Shown here piece by piece: positions 1 to 8,989 of a stretch of DNA of 56,721 nucleotides. The position numbers and the translations under genes are program-made. The first letter of the stretch is position 1. The number at the start of each line of letters is the position of its first letter. The notes beneath the pieces were generated by a model. It was not told where the DNA came from. It ran no database searches and saw only the letters and a list, made by a program, of their open reading frames with translations. Source of the DNA: an uncultured Spirochaetaceae bacterium (GTDB taxonomy: Bacteria; Spirochaetota; Spirochaetia; SZUA-6; RPPD01); assembly GCA_964554445.1 (NCBI GenBank), contig CAZKOS010000003.1, positions 13,399-70,119 of the forward strand, in the 5' to 3' direction.

Positions 1-185
1 CCGCGTTCGAGGCGGGCGACGCCATTCCCGAAGAGGAGCCGCAGGAGAAACCGGCGGTGGAGGAGGAGTACTCCGACTACCTGGTCAAGGAAGAGGAAGC
101 GCCCGAAAACGCCGGGGAGCAGGAAAAGGCGACTTCGACCGAACCGGAAGCTGCGGCGGACGCCGAACAGACGCCGGTCGAGTAA
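1..185 (+). CDS. 3' end of a CDS truncated by the window edge; very acidic C-terminal tail (position suggests ribosomal protein S2)
   Basis: Open frame from the window start (codon phase from nt 3) to TAA at 183-185. Translation: AFEAGDAIPEEEPQEKPAVEEEYSDYLVKEEEAPENAGEQEKATSTEPEAAADAEQTPVE. No diagnostic motif. The S2 idea rests only on the common rpsB-tsf gene order. Confidence 0.4.
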   Translation, partial: AFEAGDAIPEEEPQEKPAVEEEYSDYLVKEEEAPENAGEQEKATSTEPEAAADAEQTPVE

Positions 186-266
186 CGGCGCGCCGAAATC
201 CGCCGCTCTCGTGCGGCGCATTGCTTATCTTGAGATCGGATCATCGTCATCCAGAAGGAGTATCGT

Positions 267-1112
267 GTGGAAATAGCAGCGATTGAAGTGAAAAAATTAA
301 GGGATAAAACAGGAGCGGGCATGATGGATTGCAAACGCGCGCTCCAGGAGGCGCAGGGCGACGCCGCGCGCGCGTTGAAAATACTCAAGGAACTCGGATT
401 GGCCGCCGCCGCGAAACGGGCGGACCGGGCCACCAAGGAAGGCCGCGTGTTCGCCGCCGTAACGCCCGCCGTCGCCGGCTGTATCGAGGTTTCCTGCGAG
501 ACGGATTTCGTCGCCAAGAACACGGATTTCAAGGGGCTCGGGGCGACCCTGGCTGATTACATCGTCAAGAACAAGCCGAAGGAGATCGATGCGGCCATGA
601 ACGAGGCGGTGGCCGGGACCATCGGCAAAATCAAGGAAAACATCACCATCCGCCGGTTCAAGACCATCGAAGCCGGCGCCCGCGAATTCTTCACCGAATA
701 CATTCACGGCGAAGGCAAGATCGGCGTCATCGTGAAAATGAGCGTCGAGAAGGACGAAGCCCTGCACAACCCGGCGGTCAAGGAGCTCGCCTTCAACCTC
801 GCCCTTCACATTGCCGCCTTCGCGCCCCGCTTCATCGCGGAAGAGAACGTGTCGCCCGAATTCAAGAAGGAACAGGAAGAAATCGCGCTCAAGCAGGCGG
901 AACAACTCGGCAAACCGGAAAACGTCACCAAGGGCATCGCCCAGGGCAAGGTGAAAAAAATTCTGGCCGAAGTCTGTCTTCTCGAACAGGGATTCGTCAA
1001 GGACGAAAAGCTTTCCGTCAAGAAAGTTCTCGAGGAAGTCGGCAAAGCCGCCGGCGCGAAGCTGGCCGTCACTGATTACATCTACTTCAAAACGGGCGAG
1101 GAACTGGAATGA
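267..1112 (+). CDS. tsf: translation elongation factor Ts
   Basis: GTG start 6 nt after AAGGAG (255-260). N-terminus IAAIEVKKLRDKTGAGMMDCKRALQEAQGD is the canonical EF-Ts UBA-like motif. 281 aa, a typical length. Confidence 0.95.
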   Translation: MEIAAIEVKKLRDKTGAGMMDCKRALQEAQGDAARALKILKELGLAAAAKRADRATKEGRVFAAVTPAVAGCIEVSCETDFVAKNTDFKGLGATLADYIVKNKPKEIDAAMNEAVAGTIGKIKENITIRRFKTIEAGAREFFTEYIHGEGKIGVIVKMSVEKDEALHNPAVKELAFNLALHIAAFAPRFIAEENVSPEFKKEQEEIALKQAEQLGKPENVTKGIAQGKVKKILAEVCLLEQGFVKDEKLSVKKVLEEVGKAAGAKLAVTDYIYFKTGEELE

Positions 1113-1169
1113 CAGCGCGGCGCTCCGTCGCCGCCTTTCGGCTTGTGGCCTGATGCAAGGAGGAAACGT

Positions 1170-1727
1170 ATGGTCGAAGAGGTGAAGAAGAGATCGGAAG
1201 AAAAAATGAAGAAGGCGATCGCCGCGCTCCACCAGGAATTCAACACCCTGCGCACGGGACGCGCTTCCGCCAGTCTTTTCGACGCGATCAAGGTCGACTA
1301 TTACGGCCAGAAAACACCGTTGAACCAGGTGGCGACGATTTCGGTCCCCGAAGCCCGCCTCGTGGTCATCCAACCGTGGGACAAATCGGTATTGTCGGAG
1401 ATCGAAAAAGCGATCCAGAAATCCGAGCTCTCGATCAATCCCAACAACGACGGCAAGGTGGTGCGGATCAGCATCCCGCCCTTGACCGAGGAACGCCGCA
1501 AGGAGCTCGTCAAACTCGCCAAAGCCAAGGCGGAGCAATCCCGGGTGACGGTCCGCAATGTCAGGCGGGACGCGAACGAGGAATACAAGGACCTGCAGAA
1601 GGATTCGAAAATAAGCGAGGACGAATCGAAGCGCGGCGTCGAAGAGATTCAAAAATTGACGGACAAATACATCGAAGAAATCAACCATGTGCTGGAAGCC
1701 AAGGAGAAGGAGATTCTCGAGGTCTAA
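1170..1727 (+). CDS. frr: ribosome recycling factor
   Basis: ATG at 1170 preceded by AAGGAGGA. Recognisable motifs: [37 protein letters not shown] and [13 protein letters not shown]. The track ORF start at 1143 (TTG) is probably too early. Confidence 0.95.
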   Translation: MVEEVKKRSEEKMKKAIAALHQEFNTLRTGRASASLFDAIKVDYYGQKTPLNQVATISVPEARLVVIQPWDKSVLSEIEKAIQKSELSINPNNDGKVVRISIPPLTEERRKELVKLAKAKAEQSRVTVRNVRRDANEEYKDLQKDSKISEDESKRGVEEIQKLTDKYIEEINHVLEAKEKEILEV

Positions 1728-1797
1728 AGATCCGCCGCGGCAACCTTCGCTTTCCCCCGAGTCGGGCGCCGGTCGCAGAAAAGAAATAATAGAGCGC

Positions 1798-2520
1798 ATG
1801 AAAAAGAAAATGGAAGGAAAGCGATCGGGCGATTCGGAACTCCTCCCCCGTCACGTGGGGATCATCATGGACGGCAATGGGCGCTGGGCGAAACAACGGG
1901 GCAAGCCGCGCTCAGCCGGACATAAGGAGGGGCTGGAAGCCGCCAAGCGCGTCGTAAAGGAAGCCGCCGAACTCGGACTGCGCTACCTTTCGGTGTTCGC
2001 TTTTTCGACGGAAAACTGGAATCGCGCTGAAAAAGAAGTCAGCTATCTCATGTTCCTGGTGAAGAAGTACCTGCGCGCCGAATACGAGTTCTATAAAGCC
2101 AACAGCATCCGGCTCGTGTATTCCGGCGATCTGGCCGGCCTGCGGCGGGACATCGCCGCCGACATCCGGGCCGCCACCGAGGAAACGGCGCATTTTCGCG
2201 GCCTGACGCTCAACATTGTCCTCAATTACGGCGGGCGGGACGAAATCGTCCGCGCGGTCAAGCGCTGGCGGCAGGCGGGTCAGCCGCCGCTCAGCGAGCG
2301 GAGTTTCGGCCGCTACCTCGACCAGCCGTCCTTCCCCGATCTCGATCTTCTCATCCGGACGGGCGGTGAAAAGCGAATCAGCAATTTCCTGCTCTGGCAA
2401 TCGAGTTACGCCGAGCTCTACTTCAGCGACAAGTTATGGCCGGATTGGCAGGGGAAAGACCTGCGCGCGGCCATCAGGGATTTCCAGAAACGCGAACGAC
2501 GGTTTGGGAGGGTTTCATGA
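1798..2520 (+). CDS. uppS: undecaprenyl diphosphate synthase (cis-prenyltransferase)
   Basis: HVGIIMDGNGRWAKQRG, FAFSTENWNR and RTGGEKRISNFLLWQSSYAELYF are UppS signatures. ATG at 1798 chosen; the track ORF extends upstream into the frr 3' end. Confidence 0.9.
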   Translation: MKKKMEGKRSGDSELLPRHVGIIMDGNGRWAKQRGKPRSAGHKEGLEAAKRVVKEAAELGLRYLSVFAFSTENWNRAEKEVSYLMFLVKKYLRAEYEFYKANSIRLVYSGDLAGLRRDIAADIRAATEETAHFRGLTLNIVLNYGGRDEIVRAVKRWRQAGQPPLSERSFGRYLDQPSFPDLDLLIRTGGEKRISNFLLWQSSYAELYFSDKLWPDWQGKDLRAAIRDFQKRERRFGRVS

Positions 2521-3371
2521 AGAATTTCTGGGCGCGCGTTCTCACCCTCGTCATCTTTTTCCCGCTCCTCGCCGCCGTGATCTTCCCCCTGGGGTTTTTG
2601 CACCACCTCGTGTTCAATGCCATCGTCGCGGCCGTGGCGGTTTTGGGCGCGTTGGAAATGAAAAAAATGTTCGAGAAAAAAGGGATGCCCGTCATGCGCG
2701 TGGTGGCCCCGCTCCTCGCGGCGACGCTGCCCGCGGCGGCTTACCTGGAGGAAACGGCCCTCCTGCCCGCCGGATTTCTGACCTTCTGGATCGCGGTTCT
2801 TTTGGGCGTCTTCATCGTCATCACCGTGTCCGTCAACCGGAACGAGGTTTTGCTGCAACGGCTGCCGCTGTTCGCCTCCTCGGTCGTCGTTCTGCTGTGC
2901 CCCGCCTTTTTTTTCACGTTCGTCGTGAGGATCACCTCCCTGCCCCATCCCCAGATCGCCCTGCTCTTTCTCCTGGCCGCCGTTTTTTTCAATGACATTC
3001 TGGCGTATGTGGCGGGCATGCTCGCCCGGGGGAAAACCAGGCTCAACCTGCTCGTGAGCCCGAACAAATCCCTCATCGGCTTCATCTTCGGATTCGCCGC
3101 CTCGGTCGGGACGATTGTGGCCGGTTCCTTCATCTTCAGGAACTATTACGTTCTTTCCGTGCCGGCGGCGGTCCTCCTGGGGAGCCTGCTCGCCCTCACC
3201 GCCTTTGCCGGCGATCTGTTCGAGTCGGCGCTCAAGCGCTCGTGCCAGATCAAGGATTCCGGCGTCGTCATGGCGGGGCGCGGGGGGATCATGGACGCCA
3301 TCGACTCCCTTCTCCTGAGCGCGCCCCTGTTCCTCTTCCTCTTCCCCCTGCTCGCCTCGCCGGCGGCCTGA
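2517..3371 (+). CDS. cdsA: phosphatidate cytidylyltransferase (CDP-diglyceride synthase), with a divergent signature
   Basis: Polytopic membrane protein. The C-terminal motif SALKRSCQIKDSGVVMAGRGGIMDAIDS matches the CdsA signature except at three positions. ATG at 2517 overlaps the uppS stop (ATGA). Confidence 0.8.
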   Translation: MKNFWARVLTLVIFFPLLAAVIFPLGFLHHLVFNAIVAAVAVLGALEMKKMFEKKGMPVMRVVAPLLAATLPAAAYLEETALLPAGFLTFWIAVLLGVFIVITVSVNRNEVLLQRLPLFASSVVVLLCPAFFFTFVVRITSLPHPQIALLFLLAAVFFNDILAYVAGMLARGKTRLNLLVSPNKSLIGFIFGFAASVGTIVAGSFIFRNYYVLSVPAAVLLGSLLALTAFAGDLFESALKRSCQIKDSGVVMAGRGGIMDAIDSLLLSAPLFLFLFPLLASPAA

Positions 3372-3374
3372 CGG

Positions 3375-4544
3375 ATGTCCGCCATGCCCGGACGGCAGGT
3401 CTTAAAACGCATTATTCTTCTCGGCAGCACCGGCTCCATCGGCCGGCAGACACTGGACGTCGTCCGGCGCTTCCCGGAATCGTTCCGCATCGTCGCGCTC
3501 TCGGCGCACAGCCGAACCGATCTGCTCGCGAGCCAGATACGAGAGCTCGCGCCTGAGGCCGCGGCCCTGACCGACGAAGCGCTTGTCCCGCCGGAACTGC
3601 CGGTCCGCTGGTACCGCGGCGCGGAGGGCGCCGCGAGGATGATCCGGGAAACGAGAGCCGACATCGTTCTCAACGGCATCGCCGGGGCGGCGGGACTCCT
3701 CCCCTCGTTCGCGGCCCTCGAGTCGGGCAAGGACCTGGCCCTGGCCAACAAGGAAACAATGGTAATGGCCGGTGAGCTCGCGCTCGACCTGGCGCGCCGC
3801 CGGCGGCGGCGGATCCTGCCGGTGGATTCCGAGCACTCGGCGGTATTCAACCTGCTCGCCCGCTCGCCGGAAGAGCCGGCGGAGATCGTGCTCACCGCCT
3901 CGGGCGGCGCCTTCCGCGATCTTCCGCTCTCCGCGCTCGCACGGGTGACCGTCGAAGACGCCCTGCGCCACCCCACCTGGAGCATGGGGAAGAAGATCAC
4001 GGTCGATTCGGCCACCATGGCCAACAAGGCGCTCGAGGTCATGGAAGCCTGCCGCTTCTTCGGCGTTCCGCCGGGGCGGGTCAAGGTCGTCATCCACCCC
4101 CAGAGCCGCGTCCACGCCCTTGTCCGCGCCTCCGACGGCGCCCTCTACGCCCAGGTCAGCCGCCCCGACATGCGCCTGCCCATCCTCTCCGCCCTCTCGC
4201 ATCCCCGGGTGGCGAATTCCGATTTCGGCAGGCTGGATCTCGAGAACAGCCGGTTGGATTTTTTCCCCGTCGACCGCGCCCGGTACCCGCTCCTCGAGCT
4301 CGGTTACCGGGCGGCCGAAGAGGGGGGCGTCCTGCCGGTGGTTTTCAACGCCGCCAATGAGATCGCGGCGGCCGCGTTCATCGAGGGTGCGATCGGCTTC
4401 CTCGACATCGAGCGCGTCGTGTCCGGGACGATGGCGCTTCCCTGGCCGAACTTGAATCGTACTTTGGATGATGTTATATTTAATGACAATTTGGCAAGAC
4501 AAAAAGCCGGCGCCGTCATGCGCGACATTGCAAAAGCGAGGTAA
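3375..4544 (+). CDS. dxr: 1-deoxy-D-xylulose 5-phosphate reductoisomerase
   Basis: LLGSTGSIGRQTLDV (NADPH site), LANKETMV, PVDSEHSAVFN, HPTWSMGKKITVDSATMANKALEVMEA. 389 aa. Confidence 0.95.
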   Translation: MSAMPGRQVLKRIILLGSTGSIGRQTLDVVRRFPESFRIVALSAHSRTDLLASQIRELAPEAAALTDEALVPPELPVRWYRGAEGAARMIRETRADIVLNGIAGAAGLLPSFAALESGKDLALANKETMVMAGELALDLARRRRRRILPVDSEHSAVFNLLARSPEEPAEIVLTASGGAFRDLPLSALARVTVEDALRHPTWSMGKKITVDSATMANKALEVMEACRFFGVPPGRVKVVIHPQSRVHALVRASDGALYAQVSRPDMRLPILSALSHPRVANSDFGRLDLENSRLDFFPVDRARYPLLELGYRAAEEGGVLPVVFNAANEIAAAAFIEGAIGFLDIERVVSGTMALPWPNLNRTLDDVIFNDNLARQKAGAVMRDIAKAR

Positions 4545-4547
4545 CGA

Positions 4548-5930
4548 GTGTCCTTCGTAACGACGATTGCGGACATCCTGGTTGGTATTCTCGGCCTGTT
4601 CATCATGATCCTGGTGCACGAGTTCGGCCATCTCGTCGCCGGCAAACTCCTCAAGGTGAAGGTCGAAACCTTTTCCCTCGGTTACGGCCGGAAGCTCTGG
4701 GGATTCACGTGGCGCGGCACGACCTATCAGATCGCGGTTTTTCCCCTCGGCGGCTTTACCAAATTCAGCGGGGAACACCTGTTCGCGAAGGCCATCGAGG
4801 AAAACCTCGACCGGATACCCGCGGACGGGGACAGCTACTACAACCAGCCTCCCTGGAAGCGCGTGCTCATCTCATTCGCCGGCCCCCTCGCCAATGTCAT
4901 ATTCGCCGTGGTTTTCTTCACCATCATCTATTGGGCGGGATTCAACCAATACGATTACGGCAACCGCATCATCCTCGCCTCGGAAATGAACAAGGTGATC
5001 ACCGGCGCCTCCACTGAAGCGAATCCCGCCGATGCGGCGGGCTTACAAAGCGGCGACCGGATCACCGCCGTCAACGGCACGCCCGTCGTCCGGTTCGGGG
5101 AACTGGCGGGCGCGCTGGCCTCCGCCCCGGACAAGAAGCTCGTCCTGACGGTGGTGCGAAACGATAAAACGATCGAGCATGTCGAGATTACCCCCCGCCT
5201 GAACAAGGATTACGGCGCGGGATTCATCGGCATTTATCCGGATACCGGTCTTGTCGTTTCCCACATGAACGCGACGACGGCGGCCATGAATTCCTGGCTG
5301 AAGCCCGGCGACCTGATCGTCGAAGCGGGCGGCCGGCCGGTGACGAGCCGGCTCGACCTCGTTCTCTTGTGTCTTCATAAACCCTTGTCCCTGCCGATGA
5401 CGGTACGGCGGGACGGCCGGAGCGTCCGGGGGACGTTTTATCCCGATTATTCCGATAAAACCGCGCCTCTTGGCTTGGACTTTCAGACCAAAGCCTTCCG
5501 CACCCCGCCCTACACGCCGTGGCAGGCATTGGCAAAAGGTTTCGAAAATATCGGCCAGACGGTATATTCGATCGGCCTTTTTTTCACGCTCATTCCCAGG
5601 ATCAATGTGGGTAATTCGGTCAGCGGCCCCATTCGGACGACTTTCTTCATCGGGCAGGCGGCGATCGAAGGTTTCCAGCATAGCTTCGACCAGGGCCTGG
5701 TCCAGTTCGTCATCATTCTCTGCTACCTCTCCGTCATCCTGGCCATCATGAACCTGCTCCCCCTGGGCATCATGGACGGCGGGTTTATCGTCCTCTTTTT
5801 GATCGAAGCGATCCGGCGGAAGCCGTACCGGCCGCGTTTTCTCTACATTTTCCAGCTTGTCGGTTTCGTTCTCCTGGTGGGGCTCGGCTTGTTCGTGATA
5901 CTGAACGACATCATTCACTTGGCGACGTGA
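4548..5930 (+). CDS. rseP: RIP site-2 metalloprotease (M50 family, RseP-like) with PDZ region
   Basis: HEFGHLVAG zinc motif in TM1, a central PDZ-like segment (AGLQSGDRITAVNG) and C-terminal NLLPLGIMDGG. GTG start 3 nt after the dxr stop. Confidence 0.85.
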   Translation: MSFVTTIADILVGILGLFIMILVHEFGHLVAGKLLKVKVETFSLGYGRKLWGFTWRGTTYQIAVFPLGGFTKFSGEHLFAKAIEENLDRIPADGDSYYNQPPWKRVLISFAGPLANVIFAVVFFTIIYWAGFNQYDYGNRIILASEMNKVITGASTEANPADAAGLQSGDRITAVNGTPVVRFGELAGALASAPDKKLVLTVVRNDKTIEHVEITPRLNKDYGAGFIGIYPDTGLVVSHMNATTAAMNSWLKPGDLIVEAGGRPVTSRLDLVLLCLHKPLSLPMTVRRDGRSVRGTFYPDYSDKTAPLGLDFQTKAFRTPPYTPWQALAKGFENIGQTVYSIGLFFTLIPRINVGNSVSGPIRTTFFIGQAAIEGFQHSFDQGLVQFVIILCYLSVILAIMNLLPLGIMDGGFIVLFLIEAIRRKPYRPRFLYIFQLVGFVLLVGLGLFVILNDIIHLAT

Positions 5931-5945
5931 GTCGGAAGGGAAGCC

Positions 5946-6572
5946 ATGAAAAAAACAATCACCTGCATGTGCGAACATCGGTTCGAGGCGAACATTCCCG
6001 ACAAGGTGGATCTTGAAAAAACCCCGGACACGGTGGCGTCGATCATGGACGGGACTTTCATGACCGTGCCCTGCCCCTCCTGCGGGAAGGTCTTGAAGCC
6101 GGAATTTCCCTTCACCATCGTTCATGGCGGCCAGGGCTGGGAGATTCATTTCGTACCGGAGCTTGAGAGGCAGGAAACGATGCGCCGGCCGCCGAGCGTC
6201 AAGGGAAAAAGGCGGGCGCGCGTCGTCATCGGCTATTCCGAGCTCCTGGAAAAGATAAAAATCTTCAGTGAAAAACTCGATGACCGGGTCGTCGAATATC
6301 TGAAATACTTTATCCTTTCCAAAGTCATGGAGCAGACGGCTGAGGAGGAAAGCGACGTCGACGTTTATTTTCAGGAGCGGAAAGGAGATGATTTGGAATT
6401 CCACATCCACGGCCTGAAGAGCGACGAAGTCGGCGTGTTCAAGCTGCCGATGGCCAGCTATCAAAAGGCCCTGGCGGACATCGACCGGCACGCGGAGGAG
6501 GAGCCGTTCCGCGATTTTCTGACCCCTCCCTACGTCTCCCTCAACAGATTTTACTCATGGGACGACGAATGA
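5946..6572 (+). CDS. hypothetical zinc-ribbon protein (CpXC-like)
   Basis: ATG with an upstream GGAAGGGAAG. Two Cys pairs, TCMCEH (res 7-9) and CPSCGK (res 43-46), typical of a zinc ribbon. The rest is unassignable. Confidence 0.6.
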   Translation: MKKTITCMCEHRFEANIPDKVDLEKTPDTVASIMDGTFMTVPCPSCGKVLKPEFPFTIVHGGQGWEIHFVPELERQETMRRPPSVKGKRRARVVIGYSELLEKIKIFSEKLDDRVVEYLKYFILSKVMEQTAEEESDVDVYFQERKGDDLEFHIHGLKSDEVGVFKLPMASYQKALADIDRHAEEEPFRDFLTPPYVSLNRFYSWDDE

Positions 6573-8638
6573 AGAGACGATTTTTTGCCTTTGGATACTT
6601 CGTCTGTGCGGCCTGCCTCGCGTTCGGGCAGCCGGATTATCTCATCCGGACGGGCCACACCGGTTCCATTTCCGATATCGAATATCACGCGCCGCTTCAC
6701 GCGCTCGTGTCCGCCGGCGAGGACGGGAAGGTCAAGGTCTGGGACACTGAACGGTTCACGATCATGTTTTCCAGGCGGATCGCGCCCCACGCCGTCTCAC
6801 TCCTGTCGCTGCATCCGGAAAAAGCCAGGTTTGCGGCCGCCTACGAGAACGATGGGAAATACAGGATATCGGTCTGGGATTGGACGGCGGACAGGGAGTT
6901 GTATTCGCTCGACCTTCCCTTCAAGCCCCTCTTCATGGATTTCTCACCGCACGGGACCTATCTCGCGGTGTGCGTCGAGGACTGGAACAGTCTTTTTTTG
7001 TTCAATGCTGAGAACGGCGATCCGCTCGATTTTTCCGTCGCCGGTTCGGGCATCGTCACCTACGTCACCTTTTCAGGCAAAGAAACGACGCTCATGACCT
7101 ACCAACCTTCGGGCAGAATCACCTATTGGGAATTGGGCTCGGCTAAAAAAATCGGGGAGTTCAGAACCAGGGGCGGGCTCGTGCCGCTGGCGCTCTCGAA
7201 TAACAAGCTTTCCCTGGTGTGCTCGAGCCGCGAGGGATTCGTTTTTCTCGACGCCGTGACCGGGAAACAGACCGGCACCGCCGATGTCCCGGGCCTGATT
7301 TTCAGCCGCGGCGACCGGACGGGCACGACCCTCGCCGCAATCACCCGCGTTCCGGGAGGCAGGGAGAGCGTGACCGTGTTCGCGATCGCCGAAAACGCGG
7401 TCAAGGAATCGTACGCGACCGCGGTCGGCGGGGACTCGAGCGTCACCGCCCTGGCCGCCGCCGGCGACGCCGTCTACGCGGGAAAAAGATCCGGCGAGGT
7501 GTACCGGATCACACAATCGGGCGCCGAGCGGGTGGTAAAAAACAATTTGCTCGCCGTGACGGATATGGCGGTGATCGGAGACAAGCTTGTCCTGGGCGCG
7601 CCGGACCGGCTCCTCGTGCTGAAAAGCGATTTTTTTGCGCCCGCCGGCTCCGCTCCACCGGTCGAACCGTCCGGAATAGAGTTCGCGACCTTCAATCAGC
7701 CGTTCCCCGGGAGCAGGATCGGGCTCGCCTTCCACGGAGAGAACGGCCTGTACGTGTGGAGCCTGGGCGGCGCGCAGGGCGCGCTGGACCTGCTCGACGC
7801 GCGAACGTTTTCGCTGAAAAATCAGACGGCCGTCTTTTCGTCGCCGCTGCGCACGTTGAGCGTGGGGAGCTCTTTCTTTCTTTCGATCGAAAAGAGCGGC
7901 GTGTGCCGCGTCAACGGACTGAACGACCGGAAACTCGCCTTCGAATACCAAACGGCCGGATTGAACCACGCCGTCTTCATCCCGCCCGGCAGCATCGTCC
8001 TCGGCAAAAGCAACCTCTCGTCGTATGAAAGCTCATTGGCGGTCGTCGCGGGCCGGACGGGCGAGACCACGTATCTCCCCGAGCCGGACATCATGGTGTA
8101 CGATCTCGCGTACGACGATCGCAGCCAAACCCTGTATTACACGGGTATCGAGAAAATCAAGGACGTCGCCTCGACGGTCGTGAAAATGCGAACGCGTGAT
8201 CTGCAGGCTTATCCTGCCGTCATCTATTCCAAGCCGGGCCGGTTTTTGTTCGGCGATCTCGCCTGCGACGGCGACCGGGGACGGCTCTATTTTTCCGTCG
8301 AGGACACCACGATCAGGGTATGGGACGGAACGACGGTCCGGGAATTCGAGGATGAGGCGCAAGAGGTGAGGAAAATAATTCCCGACGGGAATACCGTCTA
8401 CGCTCTCAATGACGATTCTTCCATCACCGCCTGGGACGCGAATTCGCTCCTCATTCGCTTTACCGTGTACTTTTTCGAAAACGGAGCCTGGCTCCTTATC
8501 ACCCGGGACGGGCGTTACTGCAGCGGCGGGGGAACGATCGACAAGTACGTACGGCTGGCCGAAGGCGGAGCGGATTCCGCGGCGCTCTTGGACCGCTATA
8601 AGCTCGGGGCGCCGGTCACTAGCTATGTGAAGGATTAG
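6569..8638 (+). CDS. exported WD40/beta-propeller repeat protein
   Basis: N-terminal signal peptide MKRRFFAFGYFVCAACLAFGQ. Canonical WD40 repeat GHTGSISDIEYHAPLHALVSAGEDGKVKVWD, plus further repeats (RISVWDW, IRVWDG, ITAWDA). ATG at 6569 overlaps the upstream stop (ATGA); alternative ATG at 6557. Confidence 0.75.
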   Translation: MKRRFFAFGYFVCAACLAFGQPDYLIRTGHTGSISDIEYHAPLHALVSAGEDGKVKVWDTERFTIMFSRRIAPHAVSLLSLHPEKARFAAAYENDGKYRISVWDWTADRELYSLDLPFKPLFMDFSPHGTYLAVCVEDWNSLFLFNAENGDPLDFSVAGSGIVTYVTFSGKETTLMTYQPSGRITYWELGSAKKIGEFRTRGGLVPLALSNNKLSLVCSSREGFVFLDAVTGKQTGTADVPGLIFSRGDRTGTTLAAITRVPGGRESVTVFAIAENAVKESYATAVGGDSSVTALAAAGDAVYAGKRSGEVYRITQSGAERVVKNNLLAVTDMAVIGDKLVLGAPDRLLVLKSDFFAPAGSAPPVEPSGIEFATFNQPFPGSRIGLAFHGENGLYVWSLGGAQGALDLLDARTFSLKNQTAVFSSPLRTLSVGSSFFLSIEKSGVCRVNGLNDRKLAFEYQTAGLNHAVFIPPGSIVLGKSNLSSYESSLAVVAGRTGETTYLPEPDIMVYDLAYDDRSQTLYYTGIEKIKDVASTVVKMRTRDLQAYPAVIYSKPGRFLFGDLACDGDRGRLYFSVEDTTIRVWDGTTVREFEDEAQEVRKIIPDGNTVYALNDDSSITAWDANSLLIRFTVYFFENGAWLLITRDGRYCSGGGTIDKYVRLAEGGADSAALLDRYKLGAPVTSYVKD

Positions 8639-8912
8639 CCTTGATCTTCTTGACGGCTTCGGCAACCGCCTTTTTGATTTTTTTCATATAACCGTCGTCC
8701 TTATCCCTGGCCTGGGCGTACAATTTCCCGAGAAGAGAAACGCGGTACGAAGGAAGCGAGTGGTTGAGTGCGTAGGCGGCCATGTCCAGCATGCAATCTT
8801 CGCAGCGGCAGATTTCAGGATCGGCTTTCACGGCCTCATCCAGATACTCAATGACGAAACGCTCGGTTTCGTTTTCCAAGTCCTTGAAATTATACTCGTC
8901 CCTAAACGCCAT
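8619..8912 (-). CDS. ComFB-like (late competence development protein family) small protein
   Basis: 97 aa. The core ICRCEDCMLDMAAYALNHSLPSYRVS resembles the ComFB Cys cluster followed by the A-x-A-L-N-x-L-P-x-Y helix. Lies 77 nt downstream of dnaB on the same strand. Confidence 0.6.
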   Translation of the reverse strand: MAFRDEYNFKDLENETERFVIEYLDEAVKADPEICRCEDCMLDMAAYALNHSLPSYRVSLLGKLYAQARDKDDGYMKKIKKAVAEAVKKIKANPSHS

Positions 8913-8989
8913 ATCCCGCCTCCTCCCCCACTAACTGTATTGAAGGAGCCTTGAAAAATCAAGTCATTCGTTTCCGGTCACGGACCGCG

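Noticed and set aside
1113-1169. Absence of pyrH between tsf and frr, and of adk/map/infA after secY, as deletions or assembly errors.
   Set aside because: The junctions are short, clean intergenic spacers with intact flanking genes and SD sequences. These are known gene-order variants, not evidence of rearrangement.
297-1799. Very long ORFs antisense to recognisable genes. Examples: 297-1799 (-), 3402-4778 (-), 5043-6491 (-), 19939-21069 (-), 24677-26809 (+), 32421-34133 (+), 45260-46816 (+).
   Set aside because: Each lies opposite a gene with unmistakable conserved motifs (tsf/frr, dxr, rseP, argG, flgK, ptsI/der, secY). Their translations are Arg/Gly/Pro/Asp-rich low-complexity strings with no motifs. 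Stop-poor antisense frames are expected in GC-rich coding DNA.
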